NCBI GenBank assembly: GCA_003990765.1
Contig: RBNJ01000010.1
Span: forward strand, 1-64,000
Source: Jimgerdemannia flammicorona
Taxonomy: Eukaryota
Direction of reading: 5' to 3'
Length of the DNA: 64,000 bases
A program made the position numbers and the translations under genes. Of this stretch, positions 1 through 10,235 are shown piece after piece. Below the pieces are notes generated by a model. The model was not told the DNA's origin. It did no database searches and saw nothing but the letters and a program-made list of their open reading frames with translations. Positions within the stretch are counted from its first letter, which is position 1; each line of letters starts with the position of its first letter.

Positions 1-541
1 ATCTGATAGCTTATTCTATAATCTTGCATATACTCTTAGAATCTGATATATCAGTAAGGGTTTCTAGCTCAGATTAGGATAATTAATAAATTCCATAATA
101 GGGTGAGTTTGAATCAGGAATAGTCTCAATACTATATTCTACTATTCAAACTAGTAGTAGTTCTTGAAATTCTTGAAAAACATCTTCATATTCCTTGAGA
201 AGTTCTTGGAGATTGTCTTCCTTATTATCTTTATCCTTTAGAAGTTCAGAAAGCTCTTTATCATTATCTTCTGGGGTCTTCTTAACTCTATATACATATT
301 GTAACAGTGACCTCAGAATGATGACATCAGTACAGGAGACAGCCTTTCCTCACAAGCCACCAGATCAGAGCACAAGGAGATCATACAGCATATGAGATGA
401 GCAATGATGACCAACTGTGAGTCATTGTGACCACAGTACAAGTATCTTGAGGAATATAAAAGAAGGATTAAGGAACTGCAGTAGCAGCAACTAACAAGAC
501 TCACTAATCCCAAAATAGCCCAAAGACTTACCACAAACAAA

Positions 542-1354
542 ATGCCTACTGCTCACCAAACCTCAAGGTCAAGGAACCACCAAGGCATCTCAGTCAAGGA
601 AAAGATATTCCAAGACATCAGAAGAGCCATGAGGACCTGCTCCTAGTATCAACCTAGGTACTGCAGATCCCTATCACTTTATCCTCTACCACCATGAAAT
701 GGAAACAAGGATCACCATTGCTACTGAATGCCTCCAAATGTGGCAGGAGTATGAAATAGGAAACCTCCTCTGCCAGGAGTTCTCACAAGCCAGTCCTCAA
801 GAGCTACAAGATACCACTTCCATGGATATATGTAAGGCAAGGACAGCTAAAAAGATCCATCAGATCTTCAGGCATGCACCATGGTCAATCTCCAACTTGG
901 AGTATATTAGAGTCTCAGATTTCAGAGACCTATCATCTTACCATATCAATGTACTAGAAACTAGAGTAGCTACAGAAGCCCAGTCCACTATCACCCTCAA
1001 TAGTGATGAAGTAGAAGACTTCTGGCACCCCATCCTCCAGGATAACTCAGACCAATTCCTACAAGGGTTGATCTCAGTATTCTAAGGCCCAAGCATCCAG
1101 ATTAGACCTTCCCAAGACCCCACATTTGTCTCTTATTTTGTGGAAGAGAACCTCATAGATTGGAGAGCCCCTGATTTCCCCACTCCAAATGTGATGACAT
1201 TATCAGCAATGATGTCATCTCACATCATATCGAAGTATATGAAATGTACAACATACACAAGATGCACAATCTGCACAATGATAAATTCACAGATCTCATC
1301 TCCTTCAGTGACAATGAGGATGAAGCCCCCATGATCCTGAACTTTCTGCTCTAA
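542..1354 (+). pseudogene. ORF-X accessory gene inside the 5' LTR of A
   Basis: MPTAHQ...PMILNFLL*; its stops and indels are at different positions from those in the 3' LTR copy. Confidence 0.8.
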
Positions 1355-1362
1355 GTTCTTTA

Positions 1363-1500
1363 TTACACTGAATAATGCCAGCATCAGAATTTTGATGTAA
1401 CACTGGATAATGCCAGTACTGGCATTCTGAGGTGATGTGAAATTGTTTCAGCACTGGTATTCTGATGTGATACTGAATTATACTAGCATCCTGAACCTGT
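1363..1500 (+). repeat. 35-bp tandem repeat, about 4 units, in the LTR of A (second copy ~8574-8711)
   Basis: Units start at 1363, 1398, 1433 and 1468 (e.g. TAACACTGGATAATGCCAGTACTGGCATTCTGAGG). Confidence 0.85.
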
Positions 1501-1832
1501 ACAACCATCAGTGCCAACTCTGGAACTTAGTAGTTTTAGTTATTGGAATTTATATTTAGCTTTATATCTTAGCAACCATTGAATTATATTTTGTATAAAT
1601 ACCCCTCTTATTTTCTCTGAAATAAAGTCAGTCTTCTTAGTACAATACATACAATCCCTTGCAAGCAATCTAAGAGATAACAAGACAGTTAAAGATAAGA
1701 AGTTTGAGGACTATAAAACCTTGGGAAGGTACTCTAATAAGAACTTGCTTATAACAAACTTGAGTTAGTCTAAGAGATACATCTTGAAGAGAATCTGGCA
1801 TATTGGAAGAACTCAGCAACCACTATGTGACA

Positions 1833-1893
1833 ACTTGGTACCCATTGGCTGGTGATTCAAGATAAATCCCTCACTTTCAAGCTGAAAAATGAA
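1833..1893 (+). promoter_or_regulatory. Primer-binding site and leader of A, nearly identical to 16008-16068 of B
   Basis: ACTTGGT(A/G)CCCATTGGCTGGTGATTCAAGAT(A/G)AATCCCTCACTTTCAAGCTGAA directly follows both 5' LTRs. Confidence 0.85.
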
Positions 1894-1952
1894 CAACCCC
1901 CACAACAACTACCCTGACTACAAGAGTCACCTCTGCAAGAATTCAAGATAAG

Positions 1953-4900
1953 ATGGAAATGTGTCCCCCCATATTCTATGAATATACTACTGAAGAGTCA
2001 ATTCTGACCTTCATTGAAGACTTTGAACAATTTGCTGCCATATGAGCCCTTGATGTAGATGCACAATTGGCCCTTCTACCACTCAGCCTCAGAGGATCTG
2101 CCAGAGATAAGTTCAATGCAGCCACCATTGCTGATGCTGGTGCAGCCAAACTTGCCAATATGAAGGCCTTTCTCAGAACAACATATTATACTGAAGAGAT
2201 TAAGCAAGCTCTCAAGGACCAACTCAATACTATCTGCCAGAGACTTAGTGAAGATCCCAACTCATTCTATATCTAAATCTGCCACCAGATTGTCTTGGCT
2301 GGCTATGATGACTGCCTCAAGGAACAAATAGTAGATTCAACCTTCCTCAAAGGAGTTTACTCTGAAATTGCCCTAGCAATCTGGTCTACCCTAGCTGCAC
2401 TGACCCTTGATCAGAAAGTGGTCTTTGCACAGAGATATTGGACTGCCAGACACTCTGCCAAACACTCAATGGAGAAAATAACTGGCATCAAGATGGAGCC
2501 ATCAAAGCCAACTAGTATCATACTCACCACAGTTGTAAACAAACAACCAACCCCACCTACCCCCAAGATAGCCAAAGCTGACCCAGTGGAAGAACTTACC
2601 AAGCAGTTCGCTGAGATGACTGCACACCTTGGTGATGTTGTTAGAGAAGTCCAAAGTACTAACAGGAGACCAGTGCAGAGATTTGCAGCTGCTACAGAAG
2701 AATGCAATATCACATGCTTCAGATGTGGAGAAGAAGGCCACTATGCAAAGAGTTGCATAACTGAAACAAGATGTAAAGCCCAATCAAGCAATGCTAGTAG
2801 AACCAGAGAACAAACCAATGCAGTAGTCATTGAGGAGATTGGTGACACTGATGATGAAGAATACTACAAGAAGCTCGAATTCTACCCTGCTACTGAAGGT
2901 ACCAGAACCTGGTCCAAGCCCTATGACAAGAAGAGCAACAGCAAGCCAGTTAGAAGACCAAAGAAGACCCTAGCTGTCACTATTCAAAGTAAGACCCAAC
3001 TTGAGGAGATTGATCAAGATATGGAGTTAGATGAAGCTATCTGTCAAATCATTAAAGGCACTACTCCAGTCTCAGGAGAAAGTGAAAGCAAGAAGGAATA
3101 GAAGCTATGCAAGACCAAGATCCACCAGTATGACATCTACAAGGACCTCAAGAAACAGAAAGTCAATGCTACTTTTGGACAACTAGCCAAAGTCCCTGCC
3201 TTTAGACAGCAGTTGAGAGTAGGACTTACAACTATCACCAAGAATCAAGAGTACAAGATTGTAGAAGCTCACAATATATAGGAAGAATCTGAAGACCAGC
3301 ACAAGACATCAGCTTATACCCCATATCAGATTGAAGACTGTATCTTTGATACCATCATTGATACTGGTGCTGGAGGATGCCTCATGAGCAAGAAGGCAAT
3401 TGACCACCTAGGCTGGGACATTGAAGAGTCCACCAAGATGGTCTATATCATGGCAGATGGTACATGAGCTACCCCTCTTAGCAAAATCCAAGAAGTCCCC
3501 ATTAAGATAAGAGGAGCTATCATCCCAGTAGATGTGATTGTCACAAGTACCACTAACTATAATATCCTCATTGGCAACCAATGACTTCACAAGGCCAAGG
3601 CCATTATTGACCTCAATGTCCAGAAGATGCAGATCAACTATAGAGGAAGAAAGGTATGAGTCTCTATCAATGTCCACAAAGGAGTTCTATCAGATATAGA
3701 GGAAGGAGATGAGGAAGACACAGAGATCTTCATGTACTTAGTGAACAAGAACAAGAACAAGACACTCAAGCTCACAGATGAGCAGTAGTAAAACAAGATC
3801 ATCAATGGCTATGCCTCTCAAGAAAGATGCCCCCATGGTACTAGGATGTACTGCTCTGAACACCTGAATGACTGCTGGTCCTGTATTAGTGAAGTCAGAA
3901 AAATCCACCAACAGAAACATGAGCAAGAAGCTGCCAAAGCAAAAAGGAAAGCCAAAGAAGATGACCAGCCCCCAGAGCTTCAGGCTGACAGTAATGATGA
4001 GGAGGAACAAGAATCAGACATCACCCTCAAGGTTAAGAAGTTTCACCCTGAAGCCAAGATCCCAGAATAAAAGACCAAAGAAGCCATAGGAATGGACCTT
4101 GCCAGCATTTAAGATGCTACCCTTGAATCACAGACCACCACCCTACTTGGCACTGGAATTGGAGTCAAGCTGTCAGAAAACTATGCTGGAATTATCAAGA
4201 CTAGGAGCAGTCTGGCCAAAAGCAAAATCTCAGTTGAAGGAGGAGTAATTGACCCTGATTATACTGGCAAGATCTTTCTCATAGTCAGAAATCACAACCA
4301 TACCACCCCCTTCAAAGTTAAGAAGTATGACAGGATTGGCCAGATGCTGATCCATGAAATCAAGAAGCCCAAGATCATTGAAGCCATTGAACTCATCAAG
4401 ACCAAGAGAAGAGAACAAGGCTTTAGATCTACTAGAAGAGGAGCCTATGATACTACCAAGATTACCAAACTTAAGCACAAGAAAGACAAGGACCAGAACA
4501 AGCACACATATACCATTGGAGAGAACTTTCTTCTGGAGGAACAACTTCTCAAGATCCTGCACCAGAATGAAGGAGTACTTGCTACAGACTTTAGGGATAT
4601 CTACAATCAAGAACCTAAGTACTATCACAAAGTTGACACTGGTGATACCAAGCCCATTTACCAGAAAGCCTGATCCATACCATCTGCCTACAGAGAGTGG
4701 CTGTGAGCAGAACTCAAGGAAATAGAAGAAGCTGGAATCATCAAGCAAGCTATCAGCCCCTGGGCCTCACCCATTATTCTTGCCTCGAAGAAAGAAAGCA
4801 AACCTGGAGAGTTTGTGCTAAGACTCTGTATTGACTACAGGAAGCTCAATGCCATCATCAAGAAGGATAGACAGCCCTTGCCAAATATTCAAGAAATTCT

Positions 4901-5924
4901 TACCACCCTTGGAAGTGAAGCCAAATACTATACCACCTTGGATCTGTTCTCAGGCTTCCATCAGATAGGTCTCATATAAGATGCCAGTGAGAAATCAGTC
5001 TTTATTACACCTGATACCACCTATATCTATCTGTGAATACCATTTGGAATGTGCAATGCCCCAGTAAGTTTCCAGTGAATGATGAACAGAGTCTTCAGCA
5101 ATGAGATTGGAAAATGGCTCTTTGTCTATGTTGATGATGTGATCATCTTTAGCAATACTGTACGAGAATATGTCAATCACATACAGCTAGCCCTCAAGAA
5201 ACTCAAGGAGTATGGCCTCTACATCAAGCCCAAGAAATGTAAGTTTGAAGCTCAAGAAATTGCCTATCTAGGACACCTCATCAACCAGACTGGAATCCAC
5301 ACAGACCCCATGAAGATCAAGGCTGTTGTAGCCTACCTGAGACCCAGGACAACCACAGAAGTCCATGCCTTCCTTGGACTGGCCAGCTACTACAGAAGGT
5401 TCATCAAAGGATATTCCAACATTACAGCACCTATCTATGAGCTACTGAAGAAGGAAACCAAATTCAAATAGACCAAGGAGTACCAAGAAACCTTCAATGA
5501 ACTCAAGACCAGATTGATCCAAGCACCTATCCTCAGAAGACCAGATTGGAACCTAGAATTCATCCTGCAGACAGATGTGAGTACTATAGGACTTGGAGCA
5601 GTCCTAGCTCAGAAGAAAGATAGACATGAATATGACATCTCCTATGCAAGCTGAGGTACCTATAGAGTAGAACAGAACTACAAGTCATGCAAGCTTGAAT
5701 GCTTAGCAGTAGTTTGGACAGTAGGCAAGTTCCACTACTACCTAGCTGGGAAACACTTCACTATTCAAACAGACCACTCTGCTCTTGCCTGGCTATTCCA
5801 CACTCTGAACCTCAAAGGAATATATATCAGATGGATCTACAGGCTGCAAGAGTATGACTGCACTATCAAGTACTACTCAGGAATGACCAACACCAATGCT
5901 GATGCACTCTCAAGGACACCCTGA
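1953..5924 (+). pseudogene. gag-PR-dUTPase-RT-RNaseH polyprotein of A, one frame with internal stops
   Basis: Zinc knuckle CFRCGEEGHYAKSC; protease IIDTGAG; RT YVDD; RNase H LQTD...ADALSRTP*; ORF-track fragments 2067, 2295, 3846, 4344 and 5079 are all in one frame. Confidence 0.95.
4020..4437 (+). pseudogene. dUTPase domain of A (between protease and RT)
   Basis: Trimeric dUTPase motifs GMDL, RSSLA, GGVIDPDYTG, RIGQML, RREQGFRST. Confidence 0.92.
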
Positions 5925-5949
5925 AACACCCCCATCAAGACCATTCAAT

Positions 5950-7200
5950 ATGAATAAGGAGCTATACTATGGATTAATCAGCTACCTTGGGCAGCAGAAG
6001 ATGCCCAACCATTTTGAACCCTGAACAATCACTATCATCAACTAGACTTGGAAACAGTTTGAACTAGACAATACTACACTCAGAAAAGGAGAAAAGCTAG
6101 TAATATCCAAACACAAGAAGTATCAAGTAATAAAGGAAGTATATGAGCAAAGATACTTAGGAGGAATCAACACATATGACAAGGCAAGAAGAACCATATG
6201 GTGGTCCAAGATGGAAGAAGACCTGTAACAATTTGTCAAAGAGTATGACAAGTGCCAAAAACAGAAATAAGATCAGCAAGACCAGGCACCTGGGTCATCA
6301 AGAATTGAGTCTATCCCCTTCCACCACATTGCAATAAATATCATTGGACCACTACTAGTAATAATATTAGGAAACCACTATATTATAGTTATTGTAGACC
6401 TCTTCACCAAATGAATAGAGGCAGGAGTATTACAAGAAGCCAATGCCCTCTCTATAGCTGACTTCCTATACCAAGAAATCATTTGCTACTACAAGGTATC
6501 AAAGTAAATCACAACAGACTGTAGCATGGAATTCATCAATAGATTCCATGAGATAATGTATCAGAAATACAAGATTTAGCACATCAAGACCACCGCATAC
6601 TACCCTCAAGGAAATGGACAAATAGAGAGAACCAACAAGACCCTCAAGAACATCCTAGCAAAGATCTCAGAGACATACATATGAGAATTGGGATAACTAT
6701 CTCCCAACTACCCTCTCTGTCCTATGAGATATATGGTCACAGAGCACACACTTTACCCAAGAGAGCTGCTCTTCAGAGAAGAAGATTCTGATGGAACCTT
6801 AGCTATAAATCTAGACCTAACTTAGAGATAGGTTGATGCAGAAATCTGGAGACTATATCAAATCAGGAAGAAGGCTGAAGATTACATCACCAAGTCACAA
6901 GCACTGACAAGGAAGAATGTGGAAAAGAATCACAAGGCCCTAGAATCCATCTGAATCAGAGAAAAGGTTCTACTGTATCGAAATATGGTAGAAGCCTCAT
7001 GGTCATGAAAACTGGAGCCCAAATGGGAAGGACCCTTCTATGTGCAAGATATTAAGGGAACCACCTTCTGGCTTAGAAAAATCTCAGAGACTATACTGCC
7101 TACCATGGTACATAGGAACAGACTCAAGAAGTACCATGAACCTATACAAGAGAAGCAAAATGTGATGATCACCCATGAGGTTCTAGTCCACAAATCATAA
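5950..7200 (+). pseudogene. Integrase of A, in the +1 frame relative to RT-RH
   Basis: Starts MNKELYY; WWSKM, IIGPL, VDLFTK, PQGNGQIERTNKTLK, KLEPKWEGPFY motifs. Confidence 0.9.
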
Positions 7201-7513
7201 CAGCATGTTCCATAACCAGCAGGCTATCTGTCTGGACCATTCTCTAAGAGATATGGCACTAGCAACTACTCATCCATGAGACTTTCAAAGTCAGAGGAGT
7301 TCGAACTGTCAACTGATTGGTTAAGATCAGAATCAGGCCCTTGCTCTATATGAAGGGAGTAACTCTTCACCATTATGCCAAAATACAAAGGGAAGATGCC
7401 AGTCCATAAATACCACTTTTCAACCCCTTGCCAGAGGTTATGGGATTGGCAAATTTTTCAAAACTAGACCAATGAATAAGGACACTCAGGAAGATCCTTA
7501 TTCAGGAGGAAGA

Positions 7514-9043
7514 TGTAACAGTGACCTCAGAATGATGACATCAGCACAGGAGACAGTCTTTCCTTACAAGCTACCAGATCAGAGCACAAGGAGATCATAC
7601 AGCATATAAGATGAGCAATAATGACCAACTGTAAGTCATTGTGACCACAGCACAAGTACATTAAGAAATATAAAAGAAAGATTAAGGAACCACAGTAGCA
7701 GCAACCAACAAGACCCACCAATCCCAAAATAGCCCAAAGACTTACCACAAATGAAATGCCCACTGCTCACCAAATCTCAAGGTCAAGGAACTACCAAGGT
7801 ATCTCAGTCAAGGAAAAGATGTTCCAAGACATCAGAAGAGCCATGAGGATCTGCTCAAGAAGGACTTCTAGTGTCAACCTGAGTACTGCAGATCCCTATC
7901 ACTTTATCCTCTATTACTATGAAATGGAAACAAGGATCACTATTACTACTGAATACCTCTAAATGTGGCAGGAGTATGAAATAAAAAACCTCCTCTGCTG
8001 GGAGTTCCCACAGGCCAGCCCTCAAGAGCTACAAGATGGTACTCCCATGGATATATGCGAGGCAAGAACAGCTAAAAAGATCCATCAGATCTTCAGGCAT
8101 GCACCATAGTCAATTCCCAACTTGGAGTATATTAGAGTCTCAGATTTCAGAGACCTATCATCCCGCCATATTAATGCACTAGAAGCCAGAGTGGCTATAG
8201 AAGCCCAGTCCACTATCACCCTCAATAGTGATGAAGTAGAAGACTTCTGGCACCCTATCCTCCAGGACAACCCAGACCAATTCCTACAAGGGTTGATCTC
8301 AGTATTCCAAGACCCAAGCATCCAGGTTAGACCTCCCCAAGACCCCACATTTGTCCCTTATTTTGTGGAAGAGAACCTTATAGATTGGAGAGCCCCTGAT
8401 TTCCCTACTGCTGAATGTGATGACATCATCCCACATGATAGTGAAGTATGCAAAATGTGTGATATATGTGAGATGCATGATCTGCATAATAACGAATTCA
8501 TGGATCTCATCTCCTTTAGTGATGACGAGAATGAAGCCCCCATGATCCTGAACTTTCTGCTCTAAGTTCTTTGTTATACTGAATAATGCCAGCACCAGTA
8601 TTTTGATGTAACACTAGATAATACCAGCACTGGCATTCTGAGGTGATGCGAAATTGTTCCAGCACCAGTATTCTGATGTGACACTGAATTATACCAGCAT
8701 TCTGAACCTGTACAACCATCAGTACTGATCCTGGAACTTAGTAGTTTTAGTTATTGGAATTTATATTTAGCTTTATATCTTAGCAACTATTGAATTATAT
8801 TTTATATAAATACCCCTCTTATTTTCTCTGAAATAAAGTCAGTTTTCTTAGTACAATACATACAATCCCTTATAAGCAATCTAAGAGATAACAAGACAGT
8901 TAAAGATAAGAAGTTTGAGGACTATAAGACCTTGGGAAGGCACTCCAATAAGAACTTGCTTATAACAAACTTGAGTTAGTCTAAGAGATATACCTTGAAG
9001 AGAATCTGACATATTTGAAGAACTCAGTGACTACTATGTGACA
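7514..9043 (+). repeat. 3' LTR of A
   Basis: Preceded by the PPT and followed by the ATAT duplication. Confidence 0.97.
7756..8565 (+). pseudogene. ORF-X inside the 3' LTR of A (269 codons, two C>T/G>A stops)
   Basis: One frame; TAA at 7960 and TAG at 8107 are CAA and TGG in the 5' LTR copy. Confidence 0.85.
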
Positions 9044-9814
9044 ATATAGTCTGATTTCTAAATCAGTTTCTTCATCTGAATAGCAGAAATAACATCACAT
9101 CTGGGTTTTGTTTTCTTCATAGTATGCTTGAGTTGTAACTTGATATCTCTCAGAGAGATTATATTGGTTTACTAATTGATATAGGGGTTCTCCTATATAA
9201 GTCAGAATTTTTCAAGAATGAGGTTGTGTCCAGAGAGATGTGTAATGTAGAAGGTTTACCTTATAGTATAGTTCTGAATTATAGAAGTGCATTTTTGTAT
9301 ATTTAGAGAGTTTCTATATTATTCTATTTTCAAAAGTAGCAATGCTTCTTTCTGGATTCCTTTGCATCTTAAGATGGATTTTGTTAGTAGTTTCTTAATC
9401 AAGATAGCATTTGCTTTCTCCACTGTCAATAAGAACTTCAATAGAGTTTCCTTCAATTTTTCTTAGAAGGTAGATATATTCTATATTGGTTTCTTACTAG
9501 GTGGTGATGGTTTCTGAAGTAGTTTCTTCTTTCTAATCTTGTACTTCTCTATCTTTATCATTGATGTTCTTGATTTCTTCATCTTATAATTCTGGGATCA
9601 TTGGCTTATACTTCTTGGATTTAAGAATACATATGATATATTCTCTTATATACTTGAAACAGTATATCTTAATTTCATATAGATATTATCTTGTAGAGAT
9701 ATATCTGTTGGCAATATACTGATACATAGCATTTCTGGTCTCAGTCTTGAGATTCTTCAATGTGGACAATCTTCTGTACCTTGGTTTTCTCTTTGGCTTT
9801 ATCAGAGTACTTCT

Positions 9815-10235
9815 CTATTGATCTAAAGGTTTTTTTTTCTCTATTAGAGAGTGACAGTTTCTTTATTTCTTCTACTTCAAGGTCATTATATATTACTTCA
9901 ATGATAGCTTGAGCAATTCATTTTTCATATGTAATTTTGATGGTCTTTTATCTAATATTGTGTAATAGGATCTTAATCTTATCTTTAAATCCTTAGTCTA
10001 CAACTTCTTCAGCTATACAGAGTCTCTCTTCTTTAGCTAAACTATACTTTTCTGTAAGGTAGATATAGATTCCTTTAGGAACTTCCATTTCAATACCTAT
10101 ATTAATAGTTGCTTGCTTGCCTAGTTCAATGGTTACTTTCATGCTAGAGTAGAGGTCATAGCTAGCATCAGATTCATATACTTTATCTGAAATTTTTACA
10201 ATAATGTGAAATCTCTTAACTCTGATTTTCTTGGC
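9815..10235 (-). pseudogene. dUTPase of C-left (between gag and protease)
   Basis: Minus strand reads DASYDLYSS...SLAK...IAQAII...FRS; counterpart of 14630-15060. Boundaries approximate. Confidence 0.8.

Larger units (their letters stand above)
300..1832 (+). repeat. 5' LTR of A (1533 bp, contains an ORF)
   Basis: Direct repeat of 7514-9043; starts TGTAACA, ends GTGACA; TATA-like boxes at 455 and 1594; AATAAA at 1621. Confidence 0.97.
300..9043 (+). mobile_element. Full-length Ty3/gypsy LTR retrotransposon A (no chromodomain seen), inactivated by stops
   Basis: TG...CA LTRs 300-1832 and 7514-9043; ATAT duplication at 296-299 and 9044-9047; PBS-like TGGTACCC at 1836; PPT AGGAGGAAGA 7504-7513; gag-PR-dUTPase-RT-RH-IN order. 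Confidence 0.97.

Noticed and set aside
1363-1500. 35-bp and 36-bp periodic repeats (also 56976-57068) as CRISPR arrays
   Set aside because: Contiguous units without unique spacers, no cas genes, eukaryotic LTR context.
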